Counted from the stretch's first letter, positions 1 to 10,816 are shown. The stretch: 64,000 bases of DNA from Candidatus Poribacteria bacterium (GCA_036339735.1 JAYZAL010000005.1:1-64000), one strand, 5' to 3'. Notes: generated by a model from the sequence alone, not told the origin. A program made the numbers and translations.

Positions 1-2934
1 GGTGTCGATTCGACCAAAGTGTATCGTTACGATATGCAAACTACTTTGGGTGAAGTGGTTGAATATGATCTATCTGGACTTGGTATTACTAAGGTCCAAA
101 ATATCACGGTATCTCATCCCACATCCTCACAGACTATTTTATATGTAACCGATTCGGAAGACAGTGAAAGAGTTTCAGCTTTTGATATTTCTACGGGGAC
201 ACCCACCCCAGTATCGATGACAACCGTTAACAGCGCTGATGAAGTTTTTGTTGGTCGAGATATCAACGGCGATCAGATAGTTCACTTTGTAGATGACTCA
301 ACCATGTACACCATGAGTGACCTGACAGCCACTAATTCTTTTATGAGTGCGCTAAATATGTCAGAAGATAGTGGAACTGCGGGTAAGGATTTGATAGGTA
401 GCTTGAACGGTGTTGAGTTTCAGAGAAATGCCAATGAAAACAGGGATCTGCTCTCAGGTGTAACACTGAATTTCAAAGGAACTACCAATGTTGGTTCGCC
501 TATATCGGTAACAGTTGAACCAGACTCTGACTCAGTTGTAGAATCAGTCAAATCATTTGTAGACCAATATAATCAGACTGAAACAGCATTGCGCCAAGCA
601 GTTAACGCACAGCGAATTTTCAATCCACGTACTGAAGAAGAATTAACACAAGGCGTCTTAGCTAACGATACTATGCTTCGAAGTCTAATGATGAGATTGA
701 GTTCTATTTCTTCACTACCCGTAGTTGGAACAGGGGCAGTGAAGCGCCTGGGAGACCTTGGAATAAATAGAGGACGAGCTGGCTCAGTCTCTATTGACCA
801 AATCAAATCTGGTTTGGAATTGAAACTGGATGAAGGTAAGTTGAGGTCAGCCATTTCAGCTAACCCTGAAGGGGCCGCTTCGGTATTTGGCAGTATTTCT
901 TCTTTGGGAACAAAAGCACATCGCCCAGTACCAAAGGATACTGAAACCACTGTTACAGTGAGCTCTGCAAACTACTCCTTACTAGAAACCAAGATTGGAA
1001 AGCAAGTTTTAATCAAAAATGGTACTACTGGAGCAACCGTTCCAATGACCTTATCAGGAGTAAATTCTTCGGGGAAGCAGCTGAACCTAACTAGTGGTAC
1101 TTTTAGTACCGCTGACTATAGCGGATACCAACTAGAGTTATTGGTAGATAATACTCAACCGTGGCATTCCATTCCGGTCAACAGTACTACTCCCAACTCG
1201 ACAAACAAAGAAACAGTTTTAAAAATTAATGATGGTGGAACAATCAATACTCTGAAAGACCAGCAAAACTTAAACCGAGTTGCTAATAAGCTAAACAGTG
1301 CTGTTGATTTACAGCTCAAAACCACTTTAGGTTCAGATATATCTAATAGCGCCACCTCAATTACCCTGAGTGATGCTAGTAGATTCTCAGACTCCGGAAC
1401 CATTGTGGTTTCGCAGATCAATAGTGGTAGTCTGCAATATGAAGTCATGAACTACACTAGCAAAAGCGGAAATACACTGAGTGGCCTCACTCGCGGCGTT
1501 GATGTCAATACCACGTATACCACATCTCCGACAGCTTTCACTACATCGAATAGTGCGAAAGTTGCACAAACACTATTTACAGTAAATGTAACCGATGTCG
1601 ATATGGATGAGAGTTTCGTTACAGTTGGTAGTTACCTAGATACCGATATTGTTAATCCTAGCAATTCAACGATTGTATCAGTTGATGGTACAACCGCAGA
1701 TATCACCATGACATCCATCGAGCAGTCCGCGGCTAATCGTTCGCTTATGAAAGTCGCCCCCGGTTTGATCAAGGACTTTTCTATTGGATCGAGACTACGT
1801 CTGAAGCAAGGTAATAAAACTAATGACTTTAACATTCTGACATTGGATACTAACCGAGTGTCGGGCTTCAATAGTAAGACAATGCCACCCGCCGGTGGAA
1901 GTAACGGAAACATCACCAAATCGACTAATACTTCAGGCAAAATTACAACTACTAGTGGCAGTTCTGGAACCACAGTTATGACAGTCTGGGCTGACGATCT
2001 CCGGTCATTTATCGGTCGGTCAAGGGTGCTTTTGAGTAATGGTACGCAGGACGAGGAAGCAACTATCAATAGTATAGATTCTAATACTCGATTGTTAAGT
2101 GACTACACAAATTCGACTTTGTTCGTAACAGGTGGTTCTACCAGTCAAGCAGGTATTACTGCAGCTTCTTCATTATTTAATGCAGGATTAAATCTAGGTA
2201 CGGGGTCAAATAAAGGAAAATTTGAGGTTCATGTCGGCGACGCTGTTAATGAAGTCGACTTATTCGGTGGTAGCTATACTGTAGGCGCAACTATATCTCT
2301 TTCGACTTTGGCCAGTCGAATCAACAGTGTTTCGGGGGTGTCAGCGTCAGTTACTGACTCCAATTATATTCGGGTTGAGGCCGATTCGAGTGTGGCTGGA
2401 GTAAACTCAGATACACCGATCGTAATAACTGGAAAGTACACTAGCGCTTCCAATTATGGAATTAATCTTTTTAGCCCAACTAATCGAAACGAAGATTTAA
2501 TCAAATTTTCAGGTATTGCCGAGGTCACCTTGAATACACCAGCGAATGTACCTAACTTAACAGGATTTAATACTATCAAAGCGGCTTATAACGATACCAT
2601 GCTTGTACAAGGTTCTTTACCTACTATGACCACAGGTGATTTACTAGTCGAAGGTGTAGCTGAAAGTACAGAAAATACTTTAGCGGCTTATACTAGGTTA
2701 TCAACTGGTATAATCGGCAAACGATTACAAAATATCGTATCACAGGCCAAGAGAGTTTATGAGGATATGGATACCTTCGATGACAAGATTCGCCAAAAAG
2801 AACTCAAGCTGCTCCGTGAGTATGGTTCTCTGGAAGCCGCTCTAGGTGAAACGCAAGTCCAGTCCCAGTATTTAACGGCACAATTAGCAAACCTACAATC
2901 TACCGCACAATCTATTTCGAAGCGGAAAAAATAA
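1..2934 (+). CDS. fliD: Flagellar filament cap protein FliD, unusually large, 5'-truncated by the window edge
   Basis: Frame is open from base 1. FliD_C motifs (DLLSGVTLNFKG...VKSFVDQYN...GVLANDTMLRSL...LGDLGI...LDEGKLRSAISANP) and a C-terminal coiled coil (LLREYGSLEAALGETQVQSQYL). Adjacent to flgM. Confidence 0.85.
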   Translation, partial: GVDSTKVYRYDMQTTLGEVVEYDLSGLGITKVQNITVSHPTSSQTILYVTDSEDSERVSAFDISTGTPTPVSMTTVNSADEVFVGRDINGDQIVHFVDDSTMYTMSDLTATNSFMSALNMSEDSGTAGKDLIGSLNGVEFQRNANENRDLLSGVTLNFKGTTNVGSPISVTVEPDSDSVVESVKSFVDQYNQTETALRQAVNAQRIFNPRTEEELTQGVLANDTMLRSLMMRLSSISSLPVVGTGAVKRLGDLGINRGRAGSVSIDQIKSGLELKLDEGKLRSAISANPEGAASVFGSISSLGTKAHRPVPKDTETTVTVSSANYSLLETKIGKQVLIKNGTTGATVPMTLSGVNSSGKQLNLTSGTFSTADYSGYQLELLVDNTQPWHSIPVNSTTPNSTNKETVLKINDGGTINTLKDQQNLNRVANKLNSAVDLQLKTTLGSDISNSATSITLSDASRFSDSGTIVVSQINSGSLQYEVMNYTSKSGNTLSGLTRGVDVNTTYTTSPTAFTTSNSAKVAQTLFTVNVTDVDMDESFVTVGSYLDTDIVNPSNSTIVSVDGTTADITMTSIEQSAANRSLMKVAPGLIKDFSIGSRLRLKQGNKTNDFNILTLDTNRVSGFNSKTMPPAGGSNGNITKSTNTSGKITTTSGSSGTTVMTVWADDLRSFIGRSRVLLSNGTQDEEATINSIDSNTRLLSDYTNSTLFVTGGSTSQAGITAASSLFNAGLNLGTGSNKGKFEVHVGDAVNEVDLFGGSYTVGATISLSTLASRINSVSGVSASVTDSNYIRVEADSSVAGVNSDTPIVITGKYTSASNYGINLFSPTNRNEDLIKFSGIAEVTLNTPANVPNLTGFNTIKAAYNDTMLVQGSLPTMTTGDLLVEGVAESTENTLAAYTRLSTGIIGKRLQNIVSQAKRVYEDMDTFDDKIRQKELKLLREYGSLEAALGETQVQSQYLTAQLANLQSTAQSISKRKK

Positions 2935-2966
2935 GCTGCTTCATAACTAGCAAAGAGGCCTAAAAG

Positions 2967-3332
2967 GTGAAGATCAGTCGTCCCCCACTCGATGCAGTGT
3001 CCGCCTACAGCTCAACTAAAGTTGGTCGGGAAAAATCCGATCGAGCCAAGCGGAAGCCAGCTAGCCCAACGTTGGAAAAACCCATTTTTGAGTTGTCGGA
3101 AGAAGCCCAGTTACGTAGTCAAGCAAGAGAAGTTGCTGAACAAGCACCCGATATTCGGCCGGACGTGGAACAACTCATCGCTGAAATTCAAAAAAAATTG
3201 AAAGACGGTTCGTATTTAGAAGAGATTTCAGGGCAGGCAATTGTCGAATCGATTAAGGCAGCCCTCAAAGAAGAATCGGAAGCACTAAAATCAGAATCAT
3301 TACCTAGTGACCAGCTAAGTTTAGATCCTTAG
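2967..3332 (+). CDS. flgM: Anti-sigma-28 factor FlgM-like protein
   Basis: FELSEEAQ...APDIRPD...IQKKLKDGSY...QAIVESI resembles the FlgM C-terminal motif; small; follows fliD; AGAGG SD before the GTG start. Confidence 0.7.
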   Translation: MKISRPPLDAVSAYSSTKVGREKSDRAKRKPASPTLEKPIFELSEEAQLRSQAREVAEQAPDIRPDVEQLIAEIQKKLKDGSYLEEISGQAIVESIKAALKEESEALKSESLPSDQLSLDP

Positions 3333-6300
3333 TCAGTGTAATGTGGCTGACCTTTCGAACGAATTCCCTCAATAATGTAGTATAAGGCTGGCATTACAAA
3401 TAGTGTCAGCATTGTAGAAAATAACAAACCAAAAATGATCGTGCTGGCCAGCGGTTGCCAGATTGGAGACTTCCCACCCAATCCCAAGAACATCGGAATT
3501 AGACCGGCGATTGTAGTCAAGCTAGTCAATACAATTGGTCGAAGTCGTAAACGTGATCCTTTCAAAACAGCATCTCTCAAGTCGTCAACCGCACCATCAA
3601 CTTCTTCCTGGTCATTAGTGCTTGATTTGTGGTTGCGCCTCTGGTTAATAAAATCGATTAAGACAATGGAGTCATTGACTACGATACCTGCTAGTGCTAC
3701 TACCCCAAACAAAGCAATTAAACTAAGGGTTGACTGTGTAATTAGTAAACCAACCATAGCTCCAATAACGCCGAAAGGTATAGCAAACAAAATAATGAAG
3801 GGTTGAAGAAAGGATTTGAATTGTGCGCCCAGGATAAAGTACATCAACATCACACCCATCGGTAGAAGTTTTAGGCCCAATTCTTTGAAGGATTCCAATA
3901 TTTGATCGAACTCACCACGAAAATCTAGACTATATCCAGGATAACGAAATCCTATATTCTCAAAAGCTGTTTGTAATGCCTGTGTAGCAATGGCTGGGGT
4001 GGTTACCTCCCGATCAACTGACGCGGAAACTGTAATTGACCGCTCGACATCAAAACGTTTAATATCAACGAGGCTTTCTTCGCGACTAAGCTGAGCGATA
4101 TCTTTCAAAGGCACGGATATGCCACTAGGGGTGGCAATCATCATCTGGCTTAATGCATCAACTGTGTTCATTGAATTTTTTCCGTATTTAACGACCACAT
4201 CTATAGCTTCATCGGCATCACGGTAAACCGTACAGATATTTCCCTCAATAGCATGTCGAACATTATTAGCCACTTGAAAAATAGTTAAACCAAATTGTCT
4301 TAATTTTTCCCCCTTTGTCCTCAGGCGTATTTCAGGCTTGCCCGACTTGAAATCGTCTTTTACATCAAAAACTCCATCTATTGAGTTCAATTTTTCCTTC
4401 AATTGGTTTGCGATGGCGACTAACTGTGGAATTCGATCTCCTTTTACCTTGACTTCAACATCTTTCCCCCGAGGTGGTCCACCTTCTTGCTTGTCAAAAT
4501 AGATTTTTTCCGCTCCTGTGATCTCAGTCATTTGTAGTCGTAAGAATTCAATGATTTCATCACGGCTTCTATTGCGTTCATCTTTAGGGACCAATTCCAC
4601 CAAAACTTCAGCCACATTAGAACTAATACTGGTCCCTTCTAGCCCATTTGTTGGAGTTTGCAAACCAATATTCGTGACTAATGCGACATACTCTTCTCTA
4701 GGTAATGAGGTTACAACCCCTTCTAATTTTTCCATGAATCGGGTAGTTTCTTCTATACCATAATCAGTTGGCATATCAACCTTAATGTAGAACTGGGGAA
4801 AATCCTCACCTGGAAAAAGTTCTTTAGGTAAGGAAATGAAAGCTAAAATCGAAAAAACGAATGTTCCTAGTACAGTTCCGAAAACGACCACGTATCTCCA
4901 ATCAAGTATTCGATTTAACAATTCAACGTATCGATCTTGAATACTAACAAACCAATTGGAACGGTTATCCGAATTAGAATCATTATTGGGTTTACTCCAT
5001 TCGGCAATGTGGGCAGGTAAAATTGCAAACACCTCAACTAGGGACGCTAATATAACCACTACCCCAGTTATTGGTACTACTCTCATGAATTGACCAGGAA
5101 TTCCGGACATTAGGATCAGTGGGAGAAATGCTGCCATCGTAGTCAAACTAGCGGATAATACTGGCCATGCCACCTCTTGAGCTCCTACTATAGCAGCCTT
5201 TGTCGGTGGCAACCCTTCCTCGATCCGACGAAATACATTTTCAATTACTACAATTGCATCGTCTACTACAATACCAATAACCAGTATTAGACCAAATAAT
5301 GTGGAGGCATTTATACTAGACCCCATGAGCTTGAGTATCCAAAGTGCGCCGAGAATAGCAACAGGGATACCAAGAGCTGCAAAAAAAGCATTTCGACTAC
5401 CCATGAAAAGCCATAAAAAGACAACAACCAACACTAAACCCAATAATGCGTTATTTTGTAAAATCCCCAACCGTTCCCTTAGAAGAACTGATGAATCGTT
5501 GACTAGTGAAATTTTGGTTTCTGGCGGGAGTTCGATTGGAATCAGTTTGGGTGATGTTTTTTGAATAATCAGGTTGGCTCGATTAGTTTGCCCTTCTGTA
5601 TAGGGGGCTACTATTTTACGAATTTGGTCAATTATTCTAATTGCATTTCCATCATTTTTTTTCTGAATAGTTAGGCTGATTGAAGATTGACCATTGATTC
5701 GAGACAAAGTGCGCGCGTCCTGATATGTATCTCGAACGCTTGCTACATCTTTCACCCGAACAGGAGTGCCATATGCGGTGACTTTGATGATAGTTTCTGC
5801 AATTTCAGCCACTGAACGGAATTCGCCCATGGTCCGTACCAGAAATTCGGACTCTCCGACTTCTAATACACCTGCTGGAAGATTTAAGTTTCGCTGACTT
5901 AAAGCTAATGAAACTTGTTCTGCAACCAAATTGTATGATTTGAGGCGATCGGGATCTACCTCGACCCAAATTTCTCGATCTCGAACCCCAGCGACCTGAA
6001 TATTAGAGACTCCATCAATTTTGGTAATCTGTTTCTCTAGAACTTCAGCTGCTAATTTCATTTGGCTTTCATCCAGATTTCCTGAAACAGCTACAGTAAC
6101 CATAGGAACACCATTACTGATGTCCACGGCTACGACTTCGGGTTGGTCTAGAAGCTCATTTGGTAAATCCTTAATTCGGTCCACAGCATTACGTAAATCT
6201 TGTACCCGTTTATCAAAGTCTCGATCACTGATTTCCTCAAATTGAACACTAATATCTGAACGACCTTCAGACGATTTGGACGTAATTAAGTCAATTTGAT

Positions 6301-6523
6301 CAACTTTTTCAATTGCATCTTCAATTTGAGCTGTAACTAGCTTTTCAACGGTCTCAGCCGAAGCTCCGGGATAAAAGGTACTAATTCTCGCTGTGTACGT
6401 AACAATTTCCGGAATTAAATCTCTGGGCAAGGTAAACCAAGCGTATACACCTAAAGCGGTGATAATTACCATTAATAAGTTAGACAGAACAGGATTACTA
6501 ACAGAAAGTTTGGGGATTGACAT
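3329..6523 (-). CDS. RND efflux transporter permease (AcrB/AcrD/AcrF family)
   Basis: 1064 aa; YPGASAETVE, GIVVDDAIVVIEN, GIVVNDSIVLID and RLRPIVLTSLTT motifs; multi-TM pattern. Confidence 0.95.
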   Translation of the reverse strand: MSIPKLSVSNPVLSNLLMVIITALGVYAWFTLPRDLIPEIVTYTARISTFYPGASAETVEKLVTAQIEDAIEKVDQIDLITSKSSEGRSDISVQFEEISDRDFDKRVQDLRNAVDRIKDLPNELLDQPEVVAVDISNGVPMVTVAVSGNLDESQMKLAAEVLEKQITKIDGVSNIQVAGVRDREIWVEVDPDRLKSYNLVAEQVSLALSQRNLNLPAGVLEVGESEFLVRTMGEFRSVAEIAETIIKVTAYGTPVRVKDVASVRDTYQDARTLSRINGQSSISLTIQKKNDGNAIRIIDQIRKIVAPYTEGQTNRANLIIQKTSPKLIPIELPPETKISLVNDSSVLLRERLGILQNNALLGLVLVVVFLWLFMGSRNAFFAALGIPVAILGALWILKLMGSSINASTLFGLILVIGIVVDDAIVVIENVFRRIEEGLPPTKAAIVGAQEVAWPVLSASLTTMAAFLPLILMSGIPGQFMRVVPITGVVVILASLVEVFAILPAHIAEWSKPNNDSNSDNRSNWFVSIQDRYVELLNRILDWRYVVVFGTVLGTFVFSILAFISLPKELFPGEDFPQFYIKVDMPTDYGIEETTRFMEKLEGVVTSLPREEYVALVTNIGLQTPTNGLEGTSISSNVAEVLVELVPKDERNRSRDEIIEFLRLQMTEITGAEKIYFDKQEGGPPRGKDVEVKVKGDRIPQLVAIANQLKEKLNSIDGVFDVKDDFKSGKPEIRLRTKGEKLRQFGLTIFQVANNVRHAIEGNICTVYRDADEAIDVVVKYGKNSMNTVDALSQMMIATPSGISVPLKDIAQLSREESLVDIKRFDVERSITVSASVDREVTTPAIATQALQTAFENIGFRYPGYSLDFRGEFDQILESFKELGLKLLPMGVMLMYFILGAQFKSFLQPFIILFAIPFGVIGAMVGLLITQSTLSLIALFGVVALAGIVVNDSIVLIDFINQRRNHKSSTNDQEEVDGAVDDLRDAVLKGSRLRLRPIVLTSLTTIAGLIPMFLGLGGKSPIWQPLASTIIFGLLFSTMLTLFVMPALYYIIEGIRSKGQPHYTD

Positions 6524-6620
6524 AAACTAAAATTTAGCTGAATGGATTTCAGTATAACCTGATGATCTCACAACCATCATCATTGAAGATATAAGATAAG
6601 AATATTAATTTATACAATAA

Positions 6621-8198
6621 CTAATGATTTAATGAAAATTCAGCAGAATTGAGAAGGGACCAGTAAAGATCTTCGTAAGCCAAATTTTTGTTTCTATAAA
6701 GACTTTTTTGTATATACCGGTCAAAGTAACGAATTTCTTTCGTTGTTGGTCGGCGGGAAAGTACCGTCAAATAAATTTCACTGACGCGATCAGCAACAGT
6801 CCGTTTCTTTTTCAATATGTAACTCAAATAACTTCCTCGTTCGTCATGGTCAGCACTATCATTTACTAAAGGACCATTAATCATCATTAATGCTTGTGGG
6901 ACAGTTCCATTAAAAGCTTCAATCTCTTCCATTTCACCATTGTCTAACAAGTACAAAAATCGTCGCATATAGTCTCTTTTCATAGACTCTAAACGACCTC
7001 GGTTTCGCCTCTTCTGTTGTCTTTCAAACCCGGTGGCCTGCAACATTGAGTTGAAAAATTGTTTGGCTGTCAATGGCTTGAGATAAGCATGAGAATAAAA
7101 ATCTTCATCATTCTTATTGTTTTTATTCGTTTGAGAACTGCGTTGATAAGCATCGGTATTGAGTATGGTTTTCATCAAATAATTCATGTCATAGCCATGA
7201 ATCCTGAAATCTTCAGCCAGCCAGTTTAACAATTTTGGGTGTGAGGGTGGATTCTCTTCACCAAACCCATCGAGTGGTTCAACAAAACCTTTTCCCATTA
7301 GCTGGGTCCACACACGATTGACTATAGCCTGACTAAAATATGGATTTTTTTTGTCGGTAATCCACTTCGCTAAGACCTCACGCTTCTTTTTTTGCGGTCC
7401 ATTATACTTTGTTCCATCCAATAAAATGGGCTGAGAGTTCTTTGATTCGCCTGGTATGCTTATTGATCCTTCATGTTCGTCTACGATATCATAGCCAACA
7501 ATTCGTCGATTTCCGTTCACGTCGTTTTGGTAAATTCCCTTACTTTTAACGTTAGTCAAGAATGCAGCCATGTTGTAATAATCTTCCTGATACCACGCTT
7601 CGGTTTTGTGGTCATGACATTGTACACAGTGCATTGGCAACCCCAAAAAGAGTCGTGAGATATGAGCCGTTAAATCGACAGGTGACGCGTTATAACGTCT
7701 GATATAGTAACTAGCCCCATTTTGTCGAGTGTCTCCGGTCGCAGTTATTAATCGTGAGACAAATTCGTCGTAGGGAGTGTTATTTGCAAACTGTGCTCTC
7801 ACCCAAGTCTGTAAACCTTCCTGGACATCTGTTTGATTATTCTGTTCTTGTCCGATTAACCAATTTGTCCAAACGCCTGACCAATAATCGAGGTAAGCGT
7901 CGCTGTTAAGCAACTCACTAATTTTTTGGGTCCGTTTGTTTTTGCCTTCGTTTTTAAAAGCAAGAATCTCATCTGTAGTTGGAATCTTACCAGTTAAATC
8001 TAGATAAACCCTTCTCAAAAACACTTCATCTTGTGTTTGAGGGGATGGTTTCAATTTTTTTTCTCTGAATTTGAGATTTAAGTAACGATCAAGATGCTTA
8101 GTACTGGAGGATATTCTACTTTCAGCCACTCGAGGCATAATAACTAGCATCAAAATTATAATTATATTGACTAAGCTATAGAATTTTTCTAATTTCAT
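6621..8198 (-). CDS. DUF1549/DUF1553 (PSD1) domain protein with CxxCH
   Basis: FLRRVYLDLTGKIPT, CVQCHDHK, NRVWTQLMGKGFVEP, PSHPKLLNWLA, QALMMING; N-terminal signal-like segment. Confidence 0.9.
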   Translation of the reverse strand: MKLEKFYSLVNIIIILMLVIMPRVAESRISSSTKHLDRYLNLKFREKKLKPSPQTQDEVFLRRVYLDLTGKIPTTDEILAFKNEGKNKRTQKISELLNSDAYLDYWSGVWTNWLIGQEQNNQTDVQEGLQTWVRAQFANNTPYDEFVSRLITATGDTRQNGASYYIRRYNASPVDLTAHISRLFLGLPMHCVQCHDHKTEAWYQEDYYNMAAFLTNVKSKGIYQNDVNGNRRIVGYDIVDEHEGSISIPGESKNSQPILLDGTKYNGPQKKKREVLAKWITDKKNPYFSQAIVNRVWTQLMGKGFVEPLDGFGEENPPSHPKLLNWLAEDFRIHGYDMNYLMKTILNTDAYQRSSQTNKNNKNDEDFYSHAYLKPLTAKQFFNSMLQATGFERQQKRRNRGRLESMKRDYMRRFLYLLDNGEMEEIEAFNGTVPQALMMINGPLVNDSADHDERGSYLSYILKKKRTVADRVSEIYLTVLSRRPTTKEIRYFDRYIQKSLYRNKNLAYEDLYWSLLNSAEFSLNH

Positions 8199-8307
8199 AC
8201 CAATACCAGTGAGATTAATTAAAGAGGAACGAATCGATCGGTGTTAGTTAGTTATTCAGGAAGTTTTAATATACTTCCGTCAGTCTAGGAGGGAATCCAG
8301 CATCCAC

Positions 8308-8880
8308 CTACGTTTGACTAGGTACTACATCCTTTTTCAGTATACCATAGACCATGAAATCGTGCCACTTTTGCCCGATTAAAAACCCCTGCCTCCGGCA
8401 ACCTTCTAGCCGAAATCCTGATTTTTCCAGAACTCTAGCTGAAGCAGCATTTTCTCTTACACAACCCGACTCTACTTTGTGTAGAGATAGTTGACTAAAA
8501 GCAAATTCAACTACACTTGATAAGGCTTCAGTCGCATATCCATTACCCCAACTTTCAGGGAAATAACGATAACCTACATGACCAATTCGGCCAGCTTCGC
8601 TTGGATTGAAGCCAATCTCTAAGCCGCACATACCGATCATCAATTCTTTGTTTTTTAGGAACACTACAAAATGGTAGGCGGAACAAGGCTGTTTTTGTTG
8701 ATTTCGAATCCAACGCCCGACTAGACGATTTGCTTTTGCTAAGTCAATTGGCTCCCAATACTCATATCGGGATGACTCAGGTAATGAGTATAGTTGGTAA
8801 ATCGATTCTGCATCCTGGTGTGTAGCTGTGCGCAGTAACAGTCGATCCGTCTCTATTATGGTGCTTATTTTTTTATCCAT
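8308..8880 (-). CDS. GNAT family N-acetyltransferase (RimJ/RimL type)
   Basis: IETDRLLLR, WGNGYATEA, NAASARVLEKSGFRLEG. Confidence 0.9.
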   Translation of the reverse strand: MDKKISTIIETDRLLLRTATHQDAESIYQLYSLPESSRYEYWEPIDLAKANRLVGRWIRNQQKQPCSAYHFVVFLKNKELMIGMCGLEIGFNPSEAGRIGHVGYRYFPESWGNGYATEALSSVVEFAFSQLSLHKVESGCVRENAASARVLEKSGFRLEGCRRQGFLIGQKWHDFMVYGILKKDVVPSQT

Positions 8881-8911
8881 AAATACATCCGTTCTAAATC
8901 AACAGATCTTG

Positions 8912-8940
8912 TTGACTTACTGCAATTAAATTGTTATAAC
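8912..8940 (+). promoter_or_regulatory. Sigma70-type promoter for the SDR gene
   Basis: TTGACT-N17-TATAAC with an extended -10 TG, in a divergent intergenic region. Confidence 0.55.
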
Positions 8941-9006
8941 GCACACTGTGATTATTTAGTCATAGGATAACTAAGATCAAAGTTTATTTAAAAGGAAATC
9001 AGACAC

Positions 9007-9771
9007 ATGTTAAGTATCAATTTGGCTGGCAAGATAGCAGTAGTCACCGGGGCTAGTGGAGAACTTGGCCGTGTGATGTGTCGCACGCTTGCCGATTGTG
9101 GCGCTGATATCGCTATTCACTACTTTCGTAACCAGCAAGAGGCCGAATCTTTGGCTGAAGAAATTACAAAGAAAGGCAGAAAGACCATATTAGTACAAGC
9201 AGATGTAACCGATCAAGAGAGTGTTTTTGCGATGAGAGATAAAATAGTAAAAACACTCGGGAATCCACAAATTATTGTTAATAATGCAGTTGTTCAGTAC
9301 TCTTGGACGAGTGTATTAGACCAAGCAATTGATGATTATGAAAGTCAATTTCAGTCTTGTGTGTTGCACAATGTTTTAATGGCAAAAGCGTTCGTTCCAT
9401 CAATGATTGCAGCTAATTATGGCCGTGTTATAGGTATTAATACAGAGTGTGCTATGCAAACTTTTAAGAACCAATCCGCATACGTAGCCGGGAAGAGAGG
9501 AATGGATGGTATCTTTCGGGTTTTGGCCAAGGAAATAGGTGAGCACCAAATTACAGTTAACCAAGTCGCTCCAGGTTGGACGATTAGTGACAAAGACCGA
9601 AAAGATGGTCTTAAACGCCAGGAAAGCTACGAGTCCAAAGTACCGCTTAACCGCCGGGGAACAGACCAAGAAATTGCCAATGTCGTTGCCTTTCTGGCAT
9701 CCGATCTTGCTAGTTATATTACCGGTGCTTATCTGCCTGTTTGTGGTGGTAATGTAATGCCCCGTATTTAA
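9007..9771 (+). CDS. SDR family oxidoreductase
   Basis: TGASGELG Rossmann motif, NNA, YVAGK catalytic YxxxK, VNQVAPG. Confidence 0.92.
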   Translation: MLSINLAGKIAVVTGASGELGRVMCRTLADCGADIAIHYFRNQQEAESLAEEITKKGRKTILVQADVTDQESVFAMRDKIVKTLGNPQIIVNNAVVQYSWTSVLDQAIDDYESQFQSCVLHNVLMAKAFVPSMIAANYGRVIGINTECAMQTFKNQSAYVAGKRGMDGIFRVLAKEIGEHQITVNQVAPGWTISDKDRKDGLKRQESYESKVPLNRRGTDQEIANVVAFLASDLASYITGAYLPVCGGNVMPRI

Positions 9772-9774
9772 AAA

Positions 9775-10617
9775 CTATCCGTATGCACCATGATTTAAGA
9801 AACCTAGTAATCTTTTGAGTCGATCATCCGCATTTCTGTAAACATGTTCAGGCATAACATAATTCATAAACGGATAGTATTTATGACCAATTAATCGACG
9901 CGCATATGTAACCTGAGTAATATAACGGTTGCGACTGCTTCGGTTAGGACCGCCTCTATGCCAGACTTGATTATTAAACATGATGACACTACCCGCAGGG
10001 CCTAGATTGTGGTGGACTTTATCTTTCCACGGTGTACTTTCAATTTCTCCTGAAGGAGGGCGAGCACCAAATAAATGAGAACCAGGAATGACTTCAGTCC
10101 CACCATGTTCTACTTTGGCCACATCAGTCAAATAGTAGTTAGCAGTAAAAAGTAGAACTGGCAACCGAACATTTTTAGGTGGTTGACCATCTAATACTTG
10201 ATAATGTAGTCCATCATCTTGATGCCAACCTGTAATTCCACCACCAGGCCTTGTGACAAACGAGTTGTTGTGAATGACATGGCAATGAGCTTCAACGAGA
10301 GCCTCGGCGAAACTGACAATTGGTTCCAAGTCAAATAGGTTTAAATTCGCCTGGCTATGCTCAAACATCCGGTGGCATAAGTGCATCGATGAGCTTGCGT
10401 TCCCACTATTCAAGCCATTTGGATTGTTTTCTAGAGACCATTCTAAATCTGAACGCAATTGCTGACAGTGGTCATTTTTCAAAACCTGAGGTAGAAAGAG
10501 AAATCCTTCTTTGTGGAATTGTTCCACCCAATTTTTTATCTGCGATTGATCTACATCATAATTGGATTCAAATCGTCGATAGCTAATACTTCTTCCTTCC
10601 ATTTTCACTCCTAGCAT
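9775..10617 (-). CDS. Phytanoyl-CoA dioxygenase (PhyH) family Fe(II)/2OG dioxygenase
   Basis: WHQD, GGTEVIPGSH, GSVIMFNNQVWHRGGPNRS (HxD...H triad). Confidence 0.92.
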   Translation of the reverse strand: MLGVKMEGRSISYRRFESNYDVDQSQIKNWVEQFHKEGFLFLPQVLKNDHCQQLRSDLEWSLENNPNGLNSGNASSSMHLCHRMFEHSQANLNLFDLEPIVSFAEALVEAHCHVIHNNSFVTRPGGGITGWHQDDGLHYQVLDGQPPKNVRLPVLLFTANYYLTDVAKVEHGGTEVIPGSHLFGARPPSGEIESTPWKDKVHHNLGPAGSVIMFNNQVWHRGGPNRSSRNRYITQVTYARRLIGHKYYPFMNYVMPEHVYRNADDRLKRLLGFLNHGAYG

Positions 10618-10816
10618 TCGAGGATTGTCTTAACCATAAAAGCCTATCACATTTTCAATTTTTGGTTTTTCTCTGTTACAAAACCAGAAATTGAATCAAG
10701 ATAGTATACTGGGATTTTATTGGCTGAACATGCCCTATTTTCTGTTCGTAAATAGATCGGCTAACTAAAAATCCAGTGCAGCAAATCTAACCATGACATA
10801 AGAAACGAACTTCAAG

